Virus record (IMG/VR): IMGVR_UViG_3300049220_000010
Coordinates: 1 to 50,316 of that record
DNA: 50,316 nucleotides
Origin: a virus
Taxonomy: Duplodnaviria > Caudoviricetes
Direction: 5' to 3' (one strand)
The translations under genes were made by a program, and so were the position numbers. The notes below the pieces were generated by a model. It was not told where the DNA came from, made no database searches, and worked only from the letters and a program-made list of their open reading frames with translations. Each line of letters starts with the position of its first letter. The stretch's first letter is position 1. Positions 1 to 7,730 of the stretch are shown one piece after another.

Positions 1-124
1 CATAGACATACATACTCTCCCATACGTACGCAAGACATACACACTGCTATACATAGTCACCCACCTACATAGGCATAAGGCTCTCCATTCGTAAGGAATT
101 ACAATCCCAAATCCAAAATATTCT

Positions 125-550
125 CAAGTACCACCCCTGTTTATTTGGATATACAAAATCGGCTATATACGCATATAGGTTAGGTGGTAGTAGTGGCAGA
201 GGTGGGGGACAAAATATATTATAGTACCACCCATATCAAGCCAGCATTTATAATAGTTCGCGCTATTTAGTGGTGGACATACATAAAAAAACCTTACATA
301 CTACTTAATAATATATTTAAAATGTTATAATTTAATACCCTACTACCACCTATACTATATCAACCCTTTATTAATAGGGGCTTAGACTGGTGGTAGATAT
401 TAAATACACTCTGCCACCTACTACCACTTTGTAAGTCAAAATATTATAGCCTACCACCCGTAGAATACTGGTTTATAGCATTTTAGGCATAAATACGCTA
501 TTTTAACATCAATTTAACTTTTGTACGGCTTCACGGTGTTAGGTGGTAGA
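125..550. repeat. Non-coding cluster of about 10 (C)TACCACC/GGTGGTAG repeats in both orientations; candidate replication origin or cos/terminase-binding region
   Basis: Copies at 129-135, 183-190, 225-231, 343-350, 389-396, 451-458 and 542-549; variants at 192-199, 411-418 and 421-428; no ORF in 1-650. Confidence 0.75.
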
Positions 551-612
551 GATTTTATGCATTTTTCGGCTAAAAACGACACTTTTTTAATGCACTTTTT
601 TGTAAGCCTAAA

Positions 613-672
613 AACTTTAACACAATTTTAACATTTTATCTATTGTTTATTCAAAATGACGTTGTATATTTG
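613..672 (+). promoter_or_regulatory. TTAACA-N5-TTAACA box plus Bacteroidota sigma70-type promoter
   Basis: Box at 613-636; TTG 643-645, 19 nt, TATATTTG 665-672. Confidence 0.75.
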
Positions 673-692
673 TGACATCAATAAGAAAGAAC

Positions 693-998
693 ATGAAAAA
701 ACAAACTCAATCACAATCTACTATTGTAAGAATTATAATGACTTACACCGACGTAATAACCGACGGAATCGCTTGGGCTATTGCTGCTCTAATTTCAATA
801 TACGCATACGGACCGTATGGACTATGGAAATCACATTGTGACTACCAATGGATAGAAGACTTATATGAGCTGGATTATAAGCTTAAAAAAGAGCTGGACA
901 GACAGCACGACAAAGATATGACGTTTTACATGTGGATTACAGTCATAAACCTGCTAGCATGGACAGCAACAATTTTATTATTCGCAAAATACTTTTAA
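693..998 (+). CDS. Small membrane protein with two hydrophobic segments
   Basis: ORF track 672..998; ATG 693 preferred because 672 lies inside the -7 element. Confidence 0.7.
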   Translation: MKKQTQSQSTIVRIIMTYTDVITDGIAWAIAALISIYAYGPYGLWKSHCDYQWIEDLYELDYKLKKELDRQHDKDMTFYMWITVINLLAWTATILLFAKYF

Positions 999-999
999 A

Positions 1000-1365
1000 A
1001 TGAAAAAACCACAGCCCAACACAATTAATTTTCGTAGACCATACGCAAAGCATACAGAATTAACCTTTACAGGAATATTGACTATTAAAAACGAAAATCA
1101 AGAAGTCGTTTACCATGAGCCAGCATTTAGAAACTACGTCTATGAATTTATACAGCAAATGAAGAAAGAAGGAGCGACAACTGGAGGTACTTATTCAATG
1201 AACGGTGATATAGACATGAAAATAACAGGCGAAAGAAGAACTTTTTATGTAGAATATAAAGTTGGTCCTGAAATAGGCAGCAAAGAAAATAATCTTAATC
1301 CTGCATTCGCTAAGTTTATTGTCACCCAAAAATTAAACAAACCGAATAGTAATGTGGATTTATAA
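1000..1365 (+). CDS. Hypothetical protein
   Basis: 121-aa ORF packed in operon with A-rich start. Confidence 0.75.
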   Translation: MKKPQPNTINFRRPYAKHTELTFTGILTIKNENQEVVYHEPAFRNYVYEFIQQMKKEGATTGGTYSMNGDIDMKITGERRTFYVEYKVGPEIGSKENNLNPAFAKFIVTQKLNKPNSNVDL

Positions 1366-1447
1366 CGATGAATATATGTGCGTGATTTGCACAACTGCAT
1401 ATTTATTGGATTATATGACATTTATACACATTTTAAATATGAATTAA
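1352..1447 (+). CDS. 31-aa peptide MWIYNDEYMCVICTTAYLLDYMTFIHILNMN
   Basis: Translated by hand; fills the gap between the 1000..1365 and 1449..2060 ORFs. Confidence 0.45.
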   Translation: MWIYNDEYMCVICTTAYLLDYMTFIHILNMN

Positions 1448-1448
1448 T

Positions 1449-2060
1449 ATGGACTATCCAAATGATTTAATCGAACACGAAATAAAAATCATTACCACCC
1501 TGTTAGATAACTTTGAATATTTTAAGTATGGATTGTGCAAGCTTGCTAAGAAATTAGCACGAGAAGAAATAATTTACGGCTACTTCTACGATGATATAAT
1601 TGAGTGGTTAGATTATAATACTCCTCCTTACAAATATCCTACAAATCCAAATGGAATAATATGTTATTCTTGGAAAGTTAAAACTGCTGATCCTCGATGG
1701 TATTGGCTTCAGCATAAGCTTATTCAAGCGAAATTGAAAATATTAACTGAAAATTGGATAAAAGACAGACAGGGTAATATTATCGAGAGCGCAAAAGGCG
1801 GACCTGAATTTAAAAATGGAACAAAATTAAAACAAATCAATATGGCAACAAAAGGAAAAACCTTATTTAAAAAGCTTACCACCGCTCAAAAAATCAAGTT
1901 TAAAGAAAACCATAGGTTATGCGAAAGAAATGATACATGGAAAGAATATATGAATTCAAATTTTAAATCATTTTGGTTTTTCATAGGCGAGGCTTTTTTA
2001 TGGTCGAAAACCAAACAAGGACAGGAATATTGGTATGAAATTTCAAAACAAAACAAATAA
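1449..2060 (+). CDS. Hypothetical protein, possibly two modules with an internal start at 1842
   Basis: 203-aa ORF; Trp-rich motifs in both halves. Confidence 0.65.
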   Translation: MDYPNDLIEHEIKIITTLLDNFEYFKYGLCKLAKKLAREEIIYGYFYDDIIEWLDYNTPPYKYPTNPNGIICYSWKVKTADPRWYWLQHKLIQAKLKILTENWIKDRQGNIIESAKGGPEFKNGTKLKQINMATKGKTLFKKLTTAQKIKFKENHRLCERNDTWKEYMNSNFKSFWFFIGEAFLWSKTKQGQEYWYEISKQNK

Positions 2061-2062
2061 AT

Positions 2063-2548
2063 ATGTCAAAAGTAATTTTAATCACTGGACCTCAAGGTTC
2101 AGGTAAAAACATTCTAGCCGATTTTATGGCTTACGATCACGAACAGGTTAATTTCGACGACCTAAAAAGAAAGCAGCAATTGGGAGTTGCAAAGGCTCTT
2201 AAAGGATTGGATAAAATAGTTATTGATCAATGCTATCCTGATGTGCATTTACTAAGGATAATTGATATTTGTCGAAATATGGAAGTAGATGCTATATTTA
2301 TTTCAAACGAACACCTTAGCAGGTTTCCAGAAAACTTATTTGATATTGAATACAACGTAACAGCGAGGTTTTCAAACGTTCCATTAATACCACCTAGAGA
2401 AACTTATATGTCTAACGACCTAACAAAAGATGGATCTCGTGTAATGACTGCAACACCTGAACCACCAAGTCCGCCAGAGCCACGCGAACAAGAACATGAA
2501 AATGCACCGTCTGAGTTTTGGAAAGACCAACAAAACAAAGGAGAATAA
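2063..2548 (+). CDS. P-loop NTPase/kinase-like protein
   Basis: N-terminal VILITGPQGSGKN (Walker A-like) and IVIDQ (Walker B-like). Confidence 0.65.
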   Translation: MSKVILITGPQGSGKNILADFMAYDHEQVNFDDLKRKQQLGVAKALKGLDKIVIDQCYPDVHLLRIIDICRNMEVDAIFISNEHLSRFPENLFDIEYNVTARFSNVPLIPPRETYMSNDLTKDGSRVMTATPEPPSPPEPREQEHENAPSEFWKDQQNKGE

Positions 2549-2550
2549 TT

Positions 2551-2607
2551 TTAACACAATTTTAACACAATTAAATTTGCTTCGTATTGAAAAACAGACT
2601 ATATTTG
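2551..2607 (+). promoter_or_regulatory. TTAACA-N5-TTAACA box plus sigma70-type promoter
   Basis: TTAAC at 2551 and 2562; TTTG 2576-2579, 20 nt, TATATTTG 2600-2607. Confidence 0.8.
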
Positions 2608-2642
2608 TCATATAATTAATCAAGCAAAAAAAAACAAACATT

Positions 2643-2801
2643 ATGTATCAAGTAGTTATTTCTCAAGTATTAAAGCAAGGAACTAAAACTTTTAAATTCA
2701 ATAGCCTTGTAAAAGCAAAAGATTTCGCTAATCAAAAACAAAACAGGTTAGTTGATATTTTAGAAAGAACTAACGATGGATTTGTAAGTTTAATGTTCTA
2801 A
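2643..2801 (+). CDS. 52-aa hypothetical early protein (MYQVVISQVLKQ...)
   Basis: Translated by hand; first ATG after the promoter, with an AAACAAACATT leader; below the ORF-track cutoff. Confidence 0.75.
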   Translation: MYQVVISQVLKQGTKTFKFNSLVKAKDFANQKQNRLVDILERTNDGFVSLMF

Positions 2802-2815
2802 AAGAATAAAATATT

Positions 2816-3262
2816 ATGAAAAAACTTATTACCTTATTGTTTCCTGCACTTCTTTTTAGTCAAGTAGGAATTAACACAGCAAGCCCAACAGAAACGCTTG
2901 ATATAAACGGCACTTTAAGAGTAAGGAATACGCCAAATGGGCTACCAACTGACAGCCTTTTAGTAATTCGGAACGGTGTGGTTAAGAAAATATCCATGTC
3001 TTCAATTACCCAACAAAATTCAGGTACGTGCCCTAATTTTTTAAAGAATTTAAGTCACCCTTATTACTTGGTATTCAGTTCTAATGGTTCAATACCGAAT
3101 CCAAACAGCCCAATCGTTATTTCAGGAAGCACTTTTAATAGTGCAGGAACTTGGACAACTGGCAACGTCTATTATTATTCATACACTCGTGTTTCTGCTG
3201 GTGGGTTCAATATTAATAATTTCACTGTAAACTTCGGGAGTTTGCTATGTGTTTATAATTAA
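2816..3262 (+). CDS. Secreted/surface protein resembling host Flavobacteriales QVGINTxxP proteins
   Basis: Signal peptide MKKLITLLFPALLFS followed by QVGINTASPTETLDING. Confidence 0.7.
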   Translation: MKKLITLLFPALLFSQVGINTASPTETLDINGTLRVRNTPNGLPTDSLLVIRNGVVKKISMSSITQQNSGTCPNFLKNLSHPYYLVFSSNGSIPNPNSPIVISGSTFNSAGTWTTGNVYYYSYTRVSAGGFNINNFTVNFGSLLCVYN

Positions 3263-3319
3263 AAAAAGGGGAAGCCGAAAACCTTATAGAGTAGGCAAAA
3301 TAATTATTAGAGAGAGATT

Positions 3320-3345
3320 AGCAGTCTTTTCGGAGGCTGCTTTTT
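3320..3345 (+). terminator. Intrinsic terminator
   Basis: GCAGTCTT-TTCG-GAGGCTGC followed by T5. Confidence 0.8.
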
Positions 3346-3351
3346 ATTAAA

Positions 3352-3490
3352 GACCTATTGGCGGAATGGCAGACGCAGGGCGGAAAGTGAATCGCATTTT
3401 TTTTGGTACTGGATTTTCATTTGCATTTATTTTTATAGCGAGAAGAGTCCCGAATATCTTTCCATGTGGGTTCGATTCCCACATAGGTCA
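3352..3490 (+). ncRNA. tRNA-Leu-like RNA with the anticodon arm replaced by a long U-rich insertion
   Basis: Perfect 7-bp acceptor GACCTAT/ATAGGTC plus A73; D-arm TGGCGGAATGGCAGACGC; T-arm GTGGG-TTCGATT-CCCAC; 88 nt between D-arm and T-stem; no encoded CCA. Confidence 0.75.
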
Positions 3491-3491
3491 C

Positions 3492-3575
3492 ACAGGCATA
3501 ACAAAGCACAGCGTTCTTATCTCATGTTTAATTTGTTTCATAATTATAGTTTAAATTGGTGTTGTGCCTGTTTTT
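3492..3575 (+). ncRNA. Candidate small RNA: 12-bp stem enclosing a 56-nt loop, ending in a T-run
   Basis: ACAGGCATAACA (3492-3503) pairs with TGTTGTGCCTGT (3560-3571), one G-U pair. Confidence 0.5.
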
Positions 3576-3604
3576 ACTTTGAAATCAATAAAAATCAATA
3601 TACA

Positions 3605-3811
3605 ATGAACATTTCAGGATTAAAAATTGGAACATTTGTTCTAATTAACGGAAAAGAATATCGTTATAATGGTTCTGTAAGAATCGGTTTTGTAGGCACT
3701 TGGACACTACAACACGAATTTATAGACATTGAAGGAAGATTTAAATACTTCAGTGTCAACGGCGACACAAAACTAGAAATTATAGACGAAAAATTCTACA
3801 TAAAAAATTAA
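3605..3811 (+). CDS. Hypothetical protein (MNISGLKIG...)
   Basis: 3' part of ORF 3464..3811; ATG 3605 has an A-rich leader, and the upstream part overlaps the RNA elements. Confidence 0.7.
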   Translation: MNISGLKIGTFVLINGKEYRYNGSVRIGFVGTWTLQHEFIDIEGRFKYFSVNGDTKLEIIDEKFYIKN

Positions 3812-3814
3812 CTC

Positions 3815-4345
3815 ATGGCTTTAACAACTATTCAAACCTATTCAGGTAAAATCATCGATCCTTTTAACCTAAAAATGGATGATATAGACATTCGAGATAT
3901 TGCACACTCTTTATCTATGATGCCACGTTTCGCAGGTCATACACAAACATTCTATTCCGTTGCTATGCATTCAATTAGATGTTGTGTGCTGGCTGTACAG
4001 GCTGGAGAAAAACCGGAAAAAATACTTTTGGAGCTATTGTTACATGATGCAGCAGAAGCTTACATTATGGACATGCCTTCACCGATTAAGCATAGAATTG
4101 ACGGTTACGAACATTTAGAAAGAGATATTTGTGCAGCAATTTCCAACAAATTTGAAATCGATTTGGCTGGCAAAAAAGACCTTATAAAAAAGTACGACGA
4201 AATAGCATTAAAAGAGGAATTAAATGCTGTCATGTGGGGAAATTTGCCTTGCGACGCTTGGTATATCAGCAGCAGAGGATTTACTATGGACTTTATTGAA
4301 ATGGATTTCTTAAACATTTACTCAAAATGGAAAAGAACGAAGTAA
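3815..4345 (+). CDS. HD-domain phosphohydrolase (YfbR-like 5'-deoxynucleotidase family)
   Basis: DIAHSLS..RFAGH..YSVAMHS..LLHDAAEAYIMDMPSPIK motifs. Confidence 0.85.
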   Translation: MALTTIQTYSGKIIDPFNLKMDDIDIRDIAHSLSMMPRFAGHTQTFYSVAMHSIRCCVLAVQAGEKPEKILLELLLHDAAEAYIMDMPSPIKHRIDGYEHLERDICAAISNKFEIDLAGKKDLIKKYDEIALKEELNAVMWGNLPCDAWYISSRGFTMDFIEMDFLNIYSKWKRTK

Positions 4346-4725
4346 TTAAAAAAGCTTATGAAGACTTAGGAATTGCATGGGAATCAATAAACCATGCAAC
4401 AGATTATGACGGATGGATGTGTCTTGATAGAGTAATTATTCCTGAGATAAGCGATGAAAGCTTTGATGCTAAAGCTGGCAATTGGGTCCGCCCGAAATCT
4501 TTACACGGGGTAGAAAAAAACAACGGTTGGACTAAAATCGAAAAATGGAAGCGTATGCCAAAAAGAAGTTTTTTCTGCCAAATAATTCTAAAAAATGGTA
4601 GGCGTACAGTTGGACAATATGTTCACACAATGAATCAATTTTGCGTTCTTAGGTCCGGATATATGGATACAAGTAAAATCGCTCATTATGCTGAAGTAGC
4701 CAACAACAACGATCCGATTTATTAG
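4327..4725 (+). CDS. Hypothetical phage protein
   Basis: 132-aa ORF overlapping the previous stop; RPKSL..NNGWTKIE motif. Confidence 0.7.
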   Translation: MEKNEVIKKAYEDLGIAWESINHATDYDGWMCLDRVIIPEISDESFDAKAGNWVRPKSLHGVEKNNGWTKIEKWKRMPKRSFFCQIILKNGRRTVGQYVHTMNQFCVLRSGYMDTSKIAHYAEVANNNDPIY

Positions 4726-4759
4726 CCCTATGCTGCTCAAAAAGTTCATAAAATAAACC

Positions 4760-4790
4760 TTTGTGGAGTATTTTACTATAATTAAATTTG
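4760..4790 (+). promoter_or_regulatory. Sigma70-type promoter
   Basis: TTTG 4760-4763, 19 nt, TAAATTTG 4783-4790. Confidence 0.55.
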
Positions 4791-4799
4791 TAACCCGCT

Positions 4800-5009
4800 A
4801 TGAAAGAAAAGGTTCTGCAATTACTAATTGATAAACACATTAAAAGTGGAGGGCATAATGGATACTATTTACCGAAATTAATAAGTGATGCCGAGTCGAA
4901 TTACAACGAAGTAAGAAAAGCAATAAGCGAAATTCACAAAGATGGATTATTAAAAACGGCTGATGGAGCTCATGGAGTATTAATTTTATACAAACCCCCG
5001 ACAAAATGA
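4800..5009 (+). CDS. Small winged-helix DNA-binding protein
   Basis: Pattern LPKLISDAESNYNEVRKAISEIHKDGLLK followed by a beta-hairpin. Confidence 0.55.
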   Translation: MKEKVLQLLIDKHIKSGGHNGYYLPKLISDAESNYNEVRKAISEIHKDGLLKTADGAHGVLILYKPPTK

Positions 5010-5548
5010 ATCAAGTAAAAGAGTTTATCGAATATATTTTCAATGCAATAAAAATTTGGATAATAATCCAACCGTGGCAAAGCGGAGTAAGAGTTCGAAT
5101 GGGTAAGAACGTTAAGAAATTAGATTCTGGAATGCATTTCCGTATTCCTTATTTTGACAGCGTTTTTGTTCAAGAAACACGTCTTCGGGTTGTTGAATTA
5201 CCTATGCAGACAATTACAACTTCTGACGGGAAGACAATCACTTTAAACAGTGCAGCAGGCTATGTGATTGCCAATGTAGAAAAGCTATATAAAACACTCT
5301 ATCACCCTGAGACAACTATAAGAAACATCATTATGTCTGCTGTTGGTGAGTTTTGTTATGGCAAAGAATTAGCTGCGATTGAAAAGAAATTGCTTGAAGG
5401 TTATGTAATTGACAAGCTAAACGAACACGATTACGGTGTAAAATTTGAATATTTTAAAATAATGAATTTTGCAGTCGTTAGAACCTACCGATTAATTCAA
5501 GACACGACTTGGAGTTGGGAAGGTTTAAACCTAGATACAAAGAAATAG
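5006..5548 (+). CDS. SPFH/Band 7 domain protein
   Basis: IIQPWQSGVRVRMGK..GMHFRIPYFDSV..QTITTSDG motifs. Confidence 0.8.
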   Translation: MNQVKEFIEYIFNAIKIWIIIQPWQSGVRVRMGKNVKKLDSGMHFRIPYFDSVFVQETRLRVVELPMQTITTSDGKTITLNSAAGYVIANVEKLYKTLYHPETTIRNIIMSAVGEFCYGKELAAIEKKLLEGYVIDKLNEHDYGVKFEYFKIMNFAVVRTYRLIQDTTWSWEGLNLDTKK

Positions 5549-5550
5549 AT

Positions 5551-5706
5551 ATGGTAGAGACGAAAACTTACTTAGTTTTTGATTTAGACAAAAAACAACC
5601 AATAAGCAAAACTGAAAAGAAAATGCTAATTGTTTATGAAGATCAATTAACTATAATCAAATTTGAAGAAATAAAACAAAATGGAATAACCAAAATCAAG
5701 CTCTAA
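5551..5706 (+). CDS. Small hypothetical protein (MVETKTY...)
   Basis: 3' part of ORF 5509..5706, starting just after the SPFH stop. Confidence 0.5.
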   Translation: MVETKTYLVFDLDKKQPISKTEKKMLIVYEDQLTIIKFEEIKQNGITKIKL

Positions 5707-5709
5707 AAC

Positions 5710-7041
5710 ATGGAGGACTTTCAGGGTAAATACAAAAAACAATTCAATTATATTGTTAGTCATTATCAATTCCGTTTTAATGTTGTTACCTCGTTTTATG
5801 AATACAGAAAGCTCGAAACCGCAAAACCAAACCAAAGAAAACAAAACCGAAGTACCAAACTGGGAGGACCTTGGAGAAAGTACGACGACAGAGTTAGAAA
5901 TCATATTCTTTTGGAATTAATGGAAAAAGACTTAGATATTTCACAAGACAAATTTAATATATTTATCGAAAGTGAAATCGTAAGTGCAGACTATAACCCA
6001 TTTTTAGAATACTTTGAGTCTTTGCCTGAGTGGGACGGGAAAACAGATTACATTGAACTACTTTCGAAAACCGTTAAGACGTTTGATGTAGAACATTTTA
6101 AAAGTACGCTGCAAAGATTTTTTGTTGGAACACTGGATTGCCTATTGGAAGAAGATGCTGTTAATGATGTTTGTTTAGTTTTTCAGTCCGAACAGGGTGT
6201 CGGGAAAACAAGGTGGATGCGTTCATTATTGCCTGAAAAATTTAGAAACGAATATCTTTACGAAGGTAATATTGATACTAAAAACAAAGATCATACCATG
6301 TACTTGAGTCAGTATTGGTTTATTCATTTGGACGAGTTGGAAACACTGAAAAGCAATGATATTTCAGCAATTAAATCTTTTATTACAAGACAGCGAATAT
6401 CCGTTCGTAAAGCGTTTGGAAGATACAAAACAAATTTCATACGGCGTGCTTCTTTTTTAGGCTCTGTAAATGATGATAAGTTTCTAACAGATATTACAGG
6501 AAATAGACGTTGGCTTGTTTTTAAAGTAACAGACATTGATTACGAACACGAAGTAGACGTTGACAAAATGTGGGCTCAGGTTTATTATCTTTGGAAGCAA
6601 GGATTTAAACACTGGTTTGACATTACCGAAATTAAGGTAATTAACAAAATAAACGAAGAATTTAGGTCAATGAGTTTAGAAGAAGAAATGTTGCTTCAAT
6701 TTTACGAATTTGACTATCCGGAAAACGGAAGAGGTGAATACGTTGGTAGTTTCGACGTGTTAACCGAATTAGGAAAAGTCCATGCTCATATGCTGAATAA
6801 ACTTAATTCAAATACTATGGGTCGGGCGTTGGCAAAGCATTCAAAAGACAAAAAACGTCGACAGGGTGTGTCGAAATACTACGTAGTTTGGAAGGGTCCT
6901 GACTTAGATAAAGACACCGATCCAAAATTGCGTGATGAAGAAGCTTTACAAATACTGGAGAAAGAAAGAATGGAAAAACCATTAATCGAACTTCCAAAAC
7001 AAACTTATAATCCGTCCGATGAAGACGAGATGCCTTTTTAA
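5710..7041 (+). CDS. VapE/VirE-like P-loop helicase/ATPase
   Basis: LPEWDG; QSEQGVGKT Walker A; LDELE Walker B; FLTDITGNRRW; acidic tail DEDEMPF. Confidence 0.9.
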   Translation: MEDFQGKYKKQFNYIVSHYQFRFNVVTSFYEYRKLETAKPNQRKQNRSTKLGGPWRKYDDRVRNHILLELMEKDLDISQDKFNIFIESEIVSADYNPFLEYFESLPEWDGKTDYIELLSKTVKTFDVEHFKSTLQRFFVGTLDCLLEEDAVNDVCLVFQSEQGVGKTRWMRSLLPEKFRNEYLYEGNIDTKNKDHTMYLSQYWFIHLDELETLKSNDISAIKSFITRQRISVRKAFGRYKTNFIRRASFLGSVNDDKFLTDITGNRRWLVFKVTDIDYEHEVDVDKMWAQVYYLWKQGFKHWFDITEIKVINKINEEFRSMSLEEEMLLQFYEFDYPENGRGEYVGSFDVLTELGKVHAHMLNKLNSNTMGRALAKHSKDKKRRQGVSKYYVVWKGPDLDKDTDPKLRDEEALQILEKERMEKPLIELPKQTYNPSDEDEMPF

Positions 7042-7067
7042 TCTAATTTTAAAAATAATAAAGAATT

Positions 7068-7724
7068 ATGCATTATCAAACAGACTTCCAACTAGGAGAA
7101 AAAGTTCAAAATTACTTAATTGACAAAATGGTAGAGACGCCAATGGTAACCCACAATAGCATGGATTGGGAAGGACGTTATAGAGCCGTTGAAAGCGCAT
7201 TTACTGGCATTATGCAGGTCCTTGGTCTGGACCTTAATGACGACAGTTTAAAAGACACTCCGAAACGTGTTGCCAAAATGTATTTACAGGAAATTTTTTA
7301 CGGTTTAGACTACCATAACTTTCCAAAGTGTACAGCAGTTATGAACAAAATGAACCACGACGAAATGGTAATCGAAAAGGACGTAACTGTAAGCAGCACA
7401 TGCGAGCATCATTTTGTCACAATCGATGGCTTTGCAAAAATCGCTTATATTCCAAAGGATCACGTTTTAGGGCTTTCAAAGCTTAACAGGATTGTAGATT
7501 TTTTCAGCAAAAGACCACAAATTCAAGAAAGGTTAACGGAACAAATTTACCATGCCCTTTCGTTAATCCTGCAAACAGAAGATATTGCGGTTGAAATTTC
7601 TGCTGTTCACCATTGCGTAAAAAGTAGAGGTATCAAAGACACAAACTCCTATACAATCACTCGAAAATTAGGAGGCGCATTTATGCGACAGGCTACAAGA
7701 AATGAATTTTTAAACTCTAAATAA
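7068..7724 (+). CDS. folE: GTP cyclohydrolase I
   Basis: TPKRVAKMY, CEHHF, GLSKLNRIV..RPQIQERLT and HHCVKSRG motifs. Confidence 0.95.
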   Translation: MHYQTDFQLGEKVQNYLIDKMVETPMVTHNSMDWEGRYRAVESAFTGIMQVLGLDLNDDSLKDTPKRVAKMYLQEIFYGLDYHNFPKCTAVMNKMNHDEMVIEKDVTVSSTCEHHFVTIDGFAKIAYIPKDHVLGLSKLNRIVDFFSKRPQIQERLTEQIYHALSLILQTEDIAVEISAVHHCVKSRGIKDTNSYTITRKLGGAFMRQATRNEFLNSK

Positions 7725-7730
7725 ACAATT

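Noticed and set aside
1-600. CRISPR array or direct terminal repeat
   Set aside because: Repeats are 7-8 nt, irregularly spaced and in both orientations; the window's start and end share no sequence
3352-3490. Interpretation as tmRNA, a group I intron-containing tRNA or a normal tRNA
   Set aside because: It has a full D-stem and no G3-U70 alanine determinant; the insert is far too short for a group I intron or tmRNA body; no 7-nt anticodon loop can be drawn
3366-3554. 62-aa ORF, and the 5' extension of ORF 3464..3811
   Set aside because: They overlap clear tRNA arms and a hairpin, have Phe-rich low-complexity translations and lack A-rich start contexts
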